Positions 1 through 10,138 are shown, numbered from the stretch's first letter. The stretch: 64,000 bases of DNA from an uncultured Pelagibacteraceae bacterium (GCA_902521075.1 CABYQM010000004.1:54443-118442), one strand, 5' to 3'. Translations and numbers: made by a program. The notes: generated by a model not told the origin, from the letters alone.

Positions 1-1
1 T

Positions 2-1573
2 TTCTTTGTGGTCATACTTGTATACGGAATAGGTTGGAGTTTTTGGAGAACTTTTAAAACAGAAAATGTTTTAAAAGAAGTTGTAACAGAAACTTGTGTG
101 ACTACTTCAATGGTATTTATTATCCTTTTAGGAGCAGCAATGCTTACTTCAGGATTTAGAGCTTTTGGGGGAGAAGAATTAGTAAGAGACTTTTTACAAG
201 ATTTACCAGGCGGTTTTTGGACACAATTTGTTGTTGTGATGATTGTAATTTTCTTGCTAGGATTTTTCCTAGACTTTATTGAAATTGCAGTTGTTGTTGT
301 TCCTATAATTGCACCAATATTATTAGCTGAAACAGGTGCTAACGTCACTGCCGTTTGGTTAGGAGTTATGATTGGTGTTAACTTACAGACTTCATTCTTA
401 ACGCCACCATTTGGATTTGCACTCTTTTATTTGAAAGGTGTAGCTCCCAAAATTGTTAAAACACTTGATATTTGGAAAGGTGTTGTACCTTTTATAATTC
501 TTCAGCTTATAGGATTGGGAATAGTTGGTGCATACCCTAGCTTAGTAAATTATCTGCCAAATAGAGTATATTTAACTTCGAATGTTGCTCCTCCACCAAT
601 GAATCCTAAATTACAGTACTGTTTGCAAGAGTACAAATTTGCAAGATTTGATACCAACGGTGAGACAATTAAAAATGCAATATTAAAATTTCAATCTGAG
701 GCACCGACTAATCTGCCAGATGATAAAATGGAAATTTTAGAAGATCATTTTGATAGTGCATTAGGAACTTTTGCTCTAGTCGACAAATTAAAAAAAGTAG
801 AGGTTGAATACAACGCATATGCTGTTGATTATAGGGATCTGCATTTCACTGTTAGAAAAAAGCAAAAGAAAATACTTAAATTAAATAAAAAAATAGAAAA
901 ATATAAAGCAGAGATTAGAAATTTAGATGATGACGAATTAGATGAGAAAAATAAAATAGAATTAAGAATTGAAGATGTAAAACTTGAAATTGAGGAAATT
1001 CAAAACTCAATCCCTGAAACCTGGCAAGCTAAGAATTCAGAATTCGACAAAATAAATAAAGCTAAAAATACAACAACAAAAAGATATAGAAAGAATGTAG
1101 ATGAAGCCTACGATCTACTTGATCAGTTTGCATTGTTCATAAACGATGGAGTAAAACTTCAAGAAGTATCAAAAGATATTAAACAGTTAGATTATTTTAT
1201 AGCCATGGAAAGCAATACAAAAGTATATGAAAGATCAGTTACAATTATGGATGGATTGTTTGACAAGTTGAGTGAGATCTCTGGAATGGATGAATTTTTA
1301 AATAGTGTAGATGATTTATTATCAATGGTAGACTCAGACGAACTTGATCCAATGGCGATTAGAACAAAATCAAAAGAAGTTGTTGAGTTATTCAATAAAG
1401 AAGTTAGCTGGAGAGCAAATGCTAAAGAAAACTTAATGCCAAAACTTGAGGAATATAATAATGCAATCAAAGAAACAATCGGATTGAGGTTGCAGTCTAA
1501 ACTAACCAAAGAGCAAGCTATCTATGTATCTAAATGTAATTCAATACATAGAGATATTTCACTAAATTTTTAA
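2..1573 (+). CDS. dctM: TRAP transporter large permease (DctM family), 5'-truncated by the window edge, with a long soluble C-terminal extension
   Basis: DctM motifs LGFFLDFIEI and NLQTSFLTPPFGFALFYLKG. The frame is open to the window start. About 340 charged, helical residues follow the last TM segment. Confidence 0.88.
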   Translation, partial: FFVVILVYGIGWSFWRTFKTENVLKEVVTETCVTTSMVFIILLGAAMLTSGFRAFGGEELVRDFLQDLPGGFWTQFVVVMIVIFLLGFFLDFIEIAVVVVPIIAPILLAETGANVTAVWLGVMIGVNLQTSFLTPPFGFALFYLKGVAPKIVKTLDIWKGVVPFIILQLIGLGIVGAYPSLVNYLPNRVYLTSNVAPPPMNPKLQYCLQEYKFARFDTNGETIKNAILKFQSEAPTNLPDDKMEILEDHFDSALGTFALVDKLKKVEVEYNAYAVDYRDLHFTVRKKQKKILKLNKKIEKYKAEIRNLDDDELDEKNKIELRIEDVKLEIEEIQNSIPETWQAKNSEFDKINKAKNTTTKRYRKNVDEAYDLLDQFALFINDGVKLQEVSKDIKQLDYFIAMESNTKVYERSVTIMDGLFDKLSEISGMDEFLNSVDDLLSMVDSDELDPMAIRTKSKEVVELFNKEVSWRANAKENLMPKLEEYNNAIKETIGLRLQSKLTKEQAIYVSKCNSIHRDISLNF

Positions 1574-2589
1574 ACTGTTAATTTATCAATTAATTCTGAT
1601 CTTGTATAAAGACCCAAGTCTTCTGCCTTGGACTTTAATTTTTCATTAATCTCTTTTAATTTTGGAACATTTAAATCAAGCTTATTTGCAATTTCTATAA
1701 TTGAACCAATTATTGGATCTATTTCTAATGGTTTGCCAGCATTTAAATCTTGAGCTGTCGAAGGTCTATGTCCTATAATTGAGACTCCACCCTTAATTCG
1801 ATCCTCTATTGATATATTGAATTTAACTCCGATTTTTTCTCCAACTTGTTGGCACTCCTGCATTAAAACTTTTATTAAATTGTAAGTTTCAGGATCATTA
1901 CCCATTTCATCCATAGTTTTATTTGTTAGAGCACTTACTGGGTTGAAAGAACAGTTCCCCCACAGTTTCACCCAAATTTCGTCCCTTAAATTTTTCTTCT
2001 GAGGAGCTTTTAAACCCCCTTCTATGAATAAACTTGATATTATTTTTAGTCTTTCTGATCTGGTTCCATCTGGTTCACCTAAAGAAAATCGTTCACCATT
2101 ACCATTATGTTTAATAACACCTGGCTCTAATATCTGACAGGCTGGATAAACTACACAACCAATTGCTCTTTCAGGTCCTAGAGTTTGCCATATCTTTCCA
2201 CCTGGATCAACACTTTCAACTATTTGATTGTCTAATTTGGTACCCGTATTAGCTTTATGAAAGTACCACCAAGGTAATCCATTAATGGCGCATATAATTG
2301 AAGTTTTTTTACCCATAATTGGTTTTAAGCTTTCTGAAATTTTACTAATAGCATTAGCTTTTACAGAAATAATTATGAAATCTTGTTCATCCAAATCTTT
2401 AGGATTGTCTGTTACATCAAATTTAAAATTAACTTTATTATCATCTCTTATAAAAGTTAATCCATTTTGCTCTATTGCTTTCTTATGTTCTCCTCTAGCA
2501 ATTAAAGAGACTTGTGCATTTGTTTTTTTTAGACTCGTAGCAATAAATCCACCAATAGACCCCGCTCCAAATATACAAATTTTAGTCAT
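1570..2589 (-). CDS. panE: Ketopantoate reductase family (ApbA/PanE) oxidoreductase; possibly PanE2-type oxalyl-CoA reductase
   Basis: Rossmann GAGSIGG, NGLPWWYF, KLWGN..FNPVSALT, STAQD..GKPLEID motifs. Coupled by a 1-nt overlap to the upstream CoA ligase. Confidence 0.85.
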   Translation of the reverse strand: MTKICIFGAGSIGGFIATSLKKTNAQVSLIARGEHKKAIEQNGLTFIRDDNKVNFKFDVTDNPKDLDEQDFIIISVKANAISKISESLKPIMGKKTSIICAINGLPWWYFHKANTGTKLDNQIVESVDPGGKIWQTLGPERAIGCVVYPACQILEPGVIKHNGNGERFSLGEPDGTRSERLKIISSLFIEGGLKAPQKKNLRDEIWVKLWGNCSFNPVSALTNKTMDEMGNDPETYNLIKVLMQECQQVGEKIGVKFNISIEDRIKGGVSIIGHRPSTAQDLNAGKPLEIDPIIGSIIEIANKLDLNVPKLKEINEKLKSKAEDLGLYTRSELIDKLTV

Positions 2590-4097
2590 CAGTTCACTAA
2601 TCCAAACTTTTTAGCTAAAGTATTTCTTTGTAGTTTACCTGTTGCACCTTTAGGAATTTCATTTACAAAAAATATTTTCTTTGGAATTTTAAATTTTGCA
2701 AGTTTTTCATTTGCATAAATTTTTATATCATCTTCAGTACACTTCATGCCTTCTTTTATGATTATTGCGGTAGCTATATCTTCTCCAAGCATTTTATCCT
2801 CATATCCAAAGCAAACGGCTTGCTCAATATTTGGATGATCCATAAGAATATTATCGACTTCTAAAGGTGAAATCTTTTCGCCACCTTTATTTATTATTTC
2901 CTTTAATCTTCCAGAGATTTTTAGATAACCATCTTTATCAAAATATCCCTGATCGCCTGTTCTAAACCAACCATTTGAAAAGCTATTTTTATTTGCATCT
3001 GGATTATTTTCATATCCGGAAGTAACATTTTCACCTTTAATGCAAACTTCTCCCTCTTCTCCTTGATTTAAAATCTTGTTATTAGTATCCATAATACAAA
3101 CTTCTGGCCCAGCAGGAATTCCTACAAATCCAGGTTTTTGGGACTTAGGCGGTAATGGATTTGAGGTCATTTGATGAGTAGCTTCCGTCATTCCATATGC
3201 TTCTATTACTGGACAATTAAATACCTCATTTAGTTTTTCAAATACAGCTGGAGGTAGAGATGCTGATGATGATCTTAAAAATCTAAGATTTAATTGTTTA
3301 GCAGTTTCTAGATTTTTATCTGCTCTCATCAATATTGCTTGATGCATTGTTGGTACTCCAGAATACCAAGTTATTTTCTCTCTTTTTGCATTATCTAAAA
3401 ATTTTAATGCATTAAATCCACTACTTGCACATACAGATGCCCCTACCTTCATAGAGGCTGCAAGAACTGCAATTAAGCCATGTATATGAAATAATGGCAT
3501 AATATTTAGACAATGATCTTTATCAGTTAAATTTAGACTTTTGGAGATATTATCTGCCGAAGAAAAAATATTTTTATTTGTTAATGGAACAATCTTAGGT
3601 CTTGATGTAGTGCCCGAAGTATGAAGCACAAGAGCTTCATGATCTTCGCCTGGCAAAACATAATCACTGCTTTTTTCAAAAAGATTGAAATCTCCGCTTA
3701 AAGTATTTCCGTCTGATTTTATTTCGCAAACAGGAATTTTTAATTTATTTGCGACTTCTACTACTGGATTTTTAGAATTTTTCTCTACAATCACTATCTT
3801 AGGATTTAAATCCTCTAGGTAAAATTCGAATTCTTCAGATTTATAGTTAGGGTTTAAAGGCGCAGCAGACATGTAGCTTGAAATCGCCAAAAAACTAGTT
3901 GCCATGTAAGGACCGTTTGGCAAAACTATTGCTGCACGATCTTTATTATTAATACCGTTACCTGATAATTGTTTTGAAATTCTTTCTATTAATGATTTTA
4001 AATCAACAAATTTTAGTGGAGAACTACTTTCAGATGTTATTGCAATTCGATTATCATTTTGTGTTTCTATAATATTCCTAACAATTCTAGAGTTCAT
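2589..4097 (-). CDS. Acyl-CoA synthetase resembling oxalate-CoA ligase (AAE3/Pcs60/Oxs type)
   Basis: AMP-binding LHTSGTTSRPK, MPLFHIHGL, RSSSASL, EAYGMTEATHQMTSNPLPP, GWFRTGD, PKGATGK. These motifs are typical of the oxalyl-CoA synthetase subgroup. Confidence 0.8.
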   Translation of the reverse strand: MNSRIVRNIIETQNDNRIAITSESSSPLKFVDLKSLIERISKQLSGNGINNKDRAAIVLPNGPYMATSFLAISSYMSAAPLNPNYKSEEFEFYLEDLNPKIVIVEKNSKNPVVEVANKLKIPVCEIKSDGNTLSGDFNLFEKSSDYVLPGEDHEALVLHTSGTTSRPKIVPLTNKNIFSSADNISKSLNLTDKDHCLNIMPLFHIHGLIAVLAASMKVGASVCASSGFNALKFLDNAKREKITWYSGVPTMHQAILMRADKNLETAKQLNLRFLRSSSASLPPAVFEKLNEVFNCPVIEAYGMTEATHQMTSNPLPPKSQKPGFVGIPAGPEVCIMDTNNKILNQGEEGEVCIKGENVTSGYENNPDANKNSFSNGWFRTGDQGYFDKDGYLKISGRLKEIINKGGEKISPLEVDNILMDHPNIEQAVCFGYEDKMLGEDIATAIIIKEGMKCTEDDIKIYANEKLAKFKIPKKIFFVNEIPKGATGKLQRNTLAKKFGLVN

Positions 4098-4102
4098 TTA
4101 AA

Positions 4103-5686
4103 TTAATAACCTTTTGCGTATCCATCTTTTCTTGGATCTGAACCGCCAACTAAATTTCCTTTTTCTCTATCTATTTGAATTGCTTGTCCACCTCCATGAG
4201 TACCATCTATATACTCAACATTATGACCGACTTTTTTTAAATTATTAAAAATTTTTTCATCAATACTTTTCTCTAATTTATAAATGTTATTGAAATGGAA
4301 AGCTCTAGGAAATGAAATGGCTTGTTGAGGAGTTAAGTTATAATCAATAATGCTATTTAAAACATGAACTTGTCCAACAGGTTGATATTGTCCTCCCATT
4401 ACTCCATAAGATAATTCACATTCTCCTTTGTTGTTCATAACTATTCCAGGAATTATGGTATGTAGTGGTCTTTTTAATCCTTGAATACAATTAGGATGAC
4501 CTTCTTCAACTCTAAAATTAGTTCCTCTATTGTGAAGAACCACTCCAGATTTATCACCTGTTATTCCAGATCCAAAAGCATAGCAAACAGAATTTATTAT
4601 TGAAACTACATTTAAATCTCTGTCTACTACACTTAAATAAACTGTTTCAGGATGGTTTGGAATATTTAGATCTCCTACATCTGCGCAGCCATTAATAGAT
4701 ATATTTTTTGAGATATTATCAATGTTTTGTTCACTTAATATTTTTTTTAAATCTAAATCTACAAATTCTGGATCACCAATATTTTCCTCTTTAAGTTTAT
4801 AAGCCTGCTTTGTAACTTCTGCTTCAAGATGGAACCTTTCAAATGAATTCACATCATATTTTTCAATACCTAACTTTTCTAATAATTTCATCATTACTAA
4901 AACTGTTATTCCAGGGCCACTCGGAGGACATTGATGAATGATAATATCTCTATATCTATCTGATAAAGTGTCTGATTTAATAGTTTTTTGCTTATGGAAA
5001 TCTTCAATTGTATGTAAGCCCCCAAACTCTTTTAAAGTTTTAACTAAATCTTCAGCAATTGATCCTTCATAAAATTCTTTAACTCCATTTTTTGAAATTT
5101 TTTCGAGAGTCTCTCCAAGTGCAGGATTTTTATTTACCTCATTAAATTGATAACTCTTACCATTATTTAGCATATGTTTTCTAGAATATGGGTTATCGTT
5201 TAATTTATTAAATACGTTGCTCCAGGCGTTAGCAACAACTTTAGTCACTTTAAAACCATTCTTTGCAATATCTATACCTTTGTGAAACAACTCCTCAAAA
5301 TCGAGTTTTCCAAAATCATTATGAATTGAATTCCAAGCATCTAATGCACCAGGAATAGTTACAGCGTGAGGACTTGTTAGACCAATTTTATCTATATTCT
5401 TTTCCTTGAAATAATCAAAATTTGCTTTAGCTGGAGCAATACCTGATCCATTATATGAAACAGGGTCTTTGCCATTCATTTTTATTATTGCAAAACAATC
5501 TCCACCTATACTTGTGGCATTAGGCTCTGCAACAGACAGAACAACAGAAGCTGCAATAGCTGCATCCACTGCATTTCCACCTTTTTGCAATATTCTAAGA
5601 GCTTCTTCTGTAGCTATTGGATGTGATGTTGCGGCCATACCATTTGAAGAAATGGCATCTTTATCTTTTGTTGAATGATTATTCAT
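4103..5686 (-). CDS. ggt: Gamma-glutamyltransferase-family Ntn hydrolase (YwrD/HpxW-like, no signal peptide)
   Basis: GGNAVDAAIA, SIGGDCF, nucleophile Thr in ETVYLSVVD, KRPLHTIIPG, GVMGGQYQP, GGSDPRKDG. Confidence 0.88.
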   Translation of the reverse strand: MNNHSTKDKDAISSNGMAATSHPIATEEALRILQKGGNAVDAAIAASVVLSVAEPNATSIGGDCFAIIKMNGKDPVSYNGSGIAPAKANFDYFKEKNIDKIGLTSPHAVTIPGALDAWNSIHNDFGKLDFEELFHKGIDIAKNGFKVTKVVANAWSNVFNKLNDNPYSRKHMLNNGKSYQFNEVNKNPALGETLEKISKNGVKEFYEGSIAEDLVKTLKEFGGLHTIEDFHKQKTIKSDTLSDRYRDIIIHQCPPSGPGITVLVMMKLLEKLGIEKYDVNSFERFHLEAEVTKQAYKLKEENIGDPEFVDLDLKKILSEQNIDNISKNISINGCADVGDLNIPNHPETVYLSVVDRDLNVVSIINSVCYAFGSGITGDKSGVVLHNRGTNFRVEEGHPNCIQGLKRPLHTIIPGIVMNNKGECELSYGVMGGQYQPVGQVHVLNSIIDYNLTPQQAISFPRAFHFNNIYKLEKSIDEKIFNNLKKVGHNVEYIDGTHGGGQAIQIDREKGNLVGGSDPRKDGYAKGY

Positions 5687-5716
5687 AATAGAACTGTAAT
5701 TTCATAAAAAATATAA

Positions 5717-6925
5717 ATGATCAATAAAATAAATAAAAGTATTCTAATTTTTTCTGTATTTGCCTTTGGCTTTTTCATATCAAATTTACTGAGGTCAATT
5801 ACCGCAACATTAACACCTGCTCTTTCAACTGAATTCAATTTAAGTGCTGCAAATCTTGGACTTTTAGCTGGAGGATATTTTCTAGGGTTTTCGCTCATGC
5901 AAATTCCTACCGGTATGTTATTAGATAGATTTGGTCCAAAAAAAGTTATCGGATATTTATTAATCATTGCTCTTATTGGAACTATTTCATTTGCTTTTGC
6001 TAAAAGTTTTGCAGGTTTATTAATCTCTAGAATTTTCATTGGTGTAGGTGTTGCTGCTTGTTTAATGGGTCCTTTAACTGGTTACAGAGTATGGTTTGAA
6101 GAAAAATATCAACAACGTGCAAATTCATGGATGTTGATGGTTGCAAATTTTGGATTTGTTGCATCAACTCTACCAGTTCAAATTTTATTACCAATAATTG
6201 GTTGGCGATCTATTTTTTTAATTATAGCCTCTTTAATTTTGATAAGCATAATATTAATATCAATTTTAATACCTTCGTGGGAAACTAAGAGAGATGAAGA
6301 CCAAAATAATAATCTTCAAAATCTTTCCCATATATGGAAAAATAAATTCTTTATTAGCTTAGTACCGCTTGCATTTTTTAATTATGGAGGTGTTCAAGCA
6401 ATACAAACATTGTGGGCTGGTCCATGGATGCTAAATGTGACGGGTTATGATGCAATACAAAGTGCGACAGGTTTATTTTGGATAAATGTAACTATGCTTT
6501 TTTCTTTTTTAATATGGGGATATTTTTTGCCAAAACTATCTTCCAAGGGAATTGACAGTATGAGAATTGTAAAATTTACACTTCCTGTAAGTTATATAAT
6601 TTTATTTTTAATAGTCATAATGGGAGACAAAGCTGGTGCAACCATGTTCACTCTTTATATTTTATCATCAATAGTAATTTCTTTAACCCAACCAGCAATA
6701 GCATTAAATTTTCCTACTAAACTAGCAGGAAAATCTTTAACTTCATTCAATGTATTTTTATTTTCTGGTACTTTTTTTGTACAATGGATAATTGGTTTAA
6801 TAATAGATTTTTCCAGAAATTTAGGTGCTACTATTACAATGAGCTATCAAATTTCTTTTTCAATTTTTTTATTTTTATGCATTTTAAGTTACTTATTTTT
6901 TTTAATATTAAATAAAAATGAATAA
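5717..6925 (+). CDS. MFS transporter
   Basis: About 12 hydrophobic segments; MFS motif A GMLLDRFGPKK. Confidence 0.88.
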   Translation: MINKINKSILIFSVFAFGFFISNLLRSITATLTPALSTEFNLSAANLGLLAGGYFLGFSLMQIPTGMLLDRFGPKKVIGYLLIIALIGTISFAFAKSFAGLLISRIFIGVGVAACLMGPLTGYRVWFEEKYQQRANSWMLMVANFGFVASTLPVQILLPIIGWRSIFLIIASLILISIILISILIPSWETKRDEDQNNNLQNLSHIWKNKFFISLVPLAFFNYGGVQAIQTLWAGPWMLNVTGYDAIQSATGLFWINVTMLFSFLIWGYFLPKLSSKGIDSMRIVKFTLPVSYIILFLIVIMGDKAGATMFTLYILSSIVISLTQPAIALNFPTKLAGKSLTSFNVFLFSGTFFVQWIIGLIIDFSRNLGATITMSYQISFSIFLFLCILSYLFFLILNKNE

Positions 6926-7820
6926 AAATTTTATTGGATATTTTCTATTATTATTTCAGCCACTTTTTATGGCTAGTAATTTAATTGTAGCAAGAGGCGG
7001 TGTTGATGATGTTCCTCCCATATCTTTATCTTTTTGGAGATGGTTTATTTTTTTCATTATTTTATTCGTCCTAAATTATAAATATTTAGTTGAAAATATT
7101 CAGACTATTAAAAAAGAGAGTAAAAGAAGTTTTTTTCTAGGTTTGATGGGATGTGGTGTTTGTGGAATATTTCCATATATGGCTGGTTCATCTACAACCA
7201 TTGTTAATATGGGAATTCTTTATACTTCTTCACCAATATTTATAATTTTAATCTCATATTTTCTTTTTAAAGATAAGATAAATATTTTTCAATTTATTGG
7301 CTTACTTTTTTGTCTAGTTGGAGTGTTTGCTGTAATTTTAAAGGGCGATATCAATTTACTTCTTGAATTAAAATTTGCTTCCGGAGATTTTTGGATGTTA
7401 GGAGCTGCATTAGGCTGGGCGATTTATACAGTTATGCTTTTTCAATGGAATTCAGAACTTAATTTTTTTCCAAGACTAACAATTATATCTTTCTTTGGTT
7501 TTTTATCTATTTTGCCTTTTTATTTTATAGAGCATATTTATTTTGAAAAAACTTTATTAAATGAAGAATTTTATTATTGGATTTTGTTTGCAGCAATTTC
7601 TCCAGGTATAATTGCTTTCTCACTATACACATTAACTATTAAATACTTAGGACCATCAACAACTGGTTTCACACTATACCTCTACACAATTTATGGAGCT
7701 TTTTATGGAATAATATTTTTTTCTGAGATTTTGGAGAATTATCATTTAATAGGCACCATATTTGTATTTTTTGGTATTTATTTGGTAAGAAGAAAAAGTA
7801 AAAATGAAATTAAAGCCTAA
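6918..7820 (+). CDS. DMT/EamA-family transporter
   Basis: 300 aa, about 10 TM segments, PPISLSFWRW and GDFWMLGA signatures. Confidence 0.85.
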   Translation: MNKNFIGYFLLLFQPLFMASNLIVARGGVDDVPPISLSFWRWFIFFIILFVLNYKYLVENIQTIKKESKRSFFLGLMGCGVCGIFPYMAGSSTTIVNMGILYTSSPIFIILISYFLFKDKINIFQFIGLLFCLVGVFAVILKGDINLLLELKFASGDFWMLGAALGWAIYTVMLFQWNSELNFFPRLTIISFFGFLSILPFYFIEHIYFEKTLLNEEFYYWILFAAISPGIIAFSLYTLTIKYLGPSTTGFTLYLYTIYGAFYGIIFFSEILENYHLIGTIFVFFGIYLVRRKSKNEIKA

Positions 7821-8616
7821 AATGTTATTTGCAAAAATTCTGTTTTATATTTTTATTATTTACTTTGGGGTTTCTCTAATAGTTTATTTTTATCAAAGAA
7901 AATTATTATACCATCCTGGAGAAAATAATTATTTAGATGAGGGACCTCTATCTCACAAAATCGAAAAAGTAACTATTCAATCTGATAATGATCTGGTTGG
8001 ATGGTATTACAAAAAAAATAATAACTCTAAAACTTTGCTTTTTTTTCACGGAAATGCTGGAAAATTAGATAATAGAATTTATAAACTAAATGAGTTTGCA
8101 GATTTAGATTTAAACTATTTAATTTTTGCATATAGAGGCTTTAGTGGAAACAAAGGCAAACCAACAGAAGTTGGACTTTATAAAGATGCAATTAAAGCCA
8201 AAGAATGGCTTAATCAAAACAATATAGAAGATAAAGATATTGTTCTCTATGGAGAATCTCTTGGCACTGCTGTAGCAATAGAGACCGCAAGTAACAATTT
8301 ATTTGCAGGTATAATATTAGAGTCCCCATTTACATCCATGGAGATTTTGGCGCAAAAATATTACCCATATCTTCCTGCAAAAATTATTTTAAAAGATAAA
8401 TACAAATCTATTGAAAAAATTAACAAAATAAAGTTTCCCATGCATGTGATGCATGGGAAAAAGGATAAAATTGTACCATTTTATATGGGTGAAGAAATAT
8501 TTAATAAATATGGTGGTGTTAAGTCAAATTATTTTAATGACAACGACGACCATATGATGGAATTTAATAAAAATTTAATTCAATCAATCGACAATTTTAT
8601 AAAAAGTTTAAATTAA
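7804..8616 (+). CDS. Membrane-anchored alpha/beta hydrolase (BEM46/ABHD13-like)
   Basis: N-terminal TM, FFHGNAG, YRGF, nucleophile elbow GESLG, HGKKDKIVP, catalytic His near the C-terminus. Confidence 0.88.
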   Translation: MKLKPKMLFAKILFYIFIIYFGVSLIVYFYQRKLLYHPGENNYLDEGPLSHKIEKVTIQSDNDLVGWYYKKNNNSKTLLFFHGNAGKLDNRIYKLNEFADLDLNYLIFAYRGFSGNKGKPTEVGLYKDAIKAKEWLNQNNIEDKDIVLYGESLGTAVAIETASNNLFAGIILESPFTSMEILAQKYYPYLPAKIILKDKYKSIEKINKIKFPMHVMHGKKDKIVPFYMGEEIFNKYGGVKSNYFNDNDDHMMEFNKNLIQSIDNFIKSLN

Positions 8617-8664
8617 GACATAATTTAAACAAATCCACATCACTTTTAAATTCTAATTTTAGAT

Positions 8665-9228
8665 ATGTTTAAATTCCTTTTATTACTTTTTTTATTAATA
8701 TTGCCAACAAAACTTAGTTCAGAAATAAATAATGAGTACTATGATAACAATTATTTTCATATTGGAAAAATGAACTCTTACAATAGTGAGTTCACTTTAT
8801 ATTTTAAAACACGGAAGAAAGCTATCTTAGCAAAGGGTGAATTTTATAATTATATTAATGATTTTCCACAGGACTTATACTTATATGATAAAAATTTAAA
8901 TAAAGATTACCCTCTGATTTCATATGACTGGTTTCCAAAAAAAGTTAAAAAAATATCAAAAAAATATAATTACCCACTTTTCCCAGAGGATTTTGCTTAC
9001 TATTTATTACATGACAACAACACTTTAATTTTGATAAGTGCAAAAAAAAATTTTTATGAAAATTTAAAATATGACATAAAAAATAATAAGCTAGAAATTG
9101 CTAAGACTTCTGGCAAATTAAATTTTATAATCTCTTCTTATGCTGAAAACTGTGGTTATAAATCTCTAAAAAATAATTTTGAGTGCAACATTTATAAACC
9201 TTTAATTTCTAAAAATTTGCTTAATTAA
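8665..9228 (+). CDS. Hypothetical exported protein
   Basis: 187 aa ORF with a signal-peptide-like N-terminus (MFKFLLLLFLLILPTKLSS). It fills the gap between the hydrolase and the convergent ftsY. Confidence 0.65.
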   Translation: MFKFLLLLFLLILPTKLSSEINNEYYDNNYFHIGKMNSYNSEFTLYFKTRKKAILAKGEFYNYINDFPQDLYLYDKNLNKDYPLISYDWFPKKVKKISKKYNYPLFPEDFAYYLLHDNNTLILISAKKNFYENLKYDIKNNKLEIAKTSGKLNFIISSYAENCGYKSLKNNFECNIYKPLISKNLLN

Positions 9229-10138
9229 CTTGGGTAAATGCACTTGCAAACTTCTCAGCTTCAAATATTTGTAAGTCATCCTCTTTTTCTCCAAGCCCGA
9301 GACCAACAATAGGTACTTTATATTTCTTTGAAATCGCAATCAATATTCCACCTTTTGCAGTTCCATCAAGTTTTGTCATTATGATGCCTGTGATTGGAAG
9401 TAATTTATTAAATTCTTCGAGTTGATTAATTATATTTTGTCCCGATGTTGCATCTAAAACTAAGATAACCTCGTGAGGTGCTGTTTCATCACTTTTTTTA
9501 ATTACATTTCCTATTTTTTTTAATTCATCCATTAAATTCTTTTTATTTTGTAATCTTCCTGCCGTGTCTACTATTACTTGATTTATGTTTTGACTTTGAG
9601 CTATTTCCATTGCTTTAAAAGCAACTGAAGCTGGATCTGAACCAGGATCTGATTTTACAATTTTAGCATCAACCCTGTTAGCCCATTCTTCTAATTGATC
9701 AATAGCAGCTGCTCTAAATGTATCGCATGCTGAAAAAAGAACTTTATTATTATTTTGTATAAATATTTTTCCTAATTTTCCAATAGTAGTTGTCTTACCA
9801 ACTCCATTAACACCTGAAACTAATATTATATTTGTCTTTTCTTTTTTTAAGAAAAAATCTTTCTTTTCTAGGGGTTTCATTAGTTCTAAAATATAATTAT
9901 TAAGTATTTCAAAAACTTCCTTTATTGGATCATTTTTTGGATCAATCTTTTTTTGAGCAATTATAGATTTTATCTCTGATGCTGCATCTATGCCCACGTC
10001 TGAGCCGATCAAGAATTCCTCTATTTTATCAAGAGTTGTATCGTCAATTTCTTTCTTAACTATTATTTCTTTAAGACCTGATGCTATATTACTTGCACTT
10101 CTTTTAAATCCGATTTTAAATTTTTCAAAAATACCCAT
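9221..10138 (-). CDS. ftsY: SRP receptor FtsY
   Basis: GVNGVGKTTT, DTFRAAA, DTAGRLQ, TKLDGTAKGG. Confidence 0.97.
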   Translation of the reverse strand: MGIFEKFKIGFKRSASNIASGLKEIIVKKEIDDTTLDKIEEFLIGSDVGIDAASEIKSIIAQKKIDPKNDPIKEVFEILNNYILELMKPLEKKDFFLKKEKTNIILVSGVNGVGKTTTIGKLGKIFIQNNNKVLFSACDTFRAAAIDQLEEWANRVDAKIVKSDPGSDPASVAFKAMEIAQSQNINQVIVDTAGRLQNKKNLMDELKKIGNVIKKSDETAPHEVILVLDATSGQNIINQLEEFNKLLPITGIIMTKLDGTAKGGILIAISKKYKVPIVGLGLGEKEDDLQIFEAEKFASAFTQVN

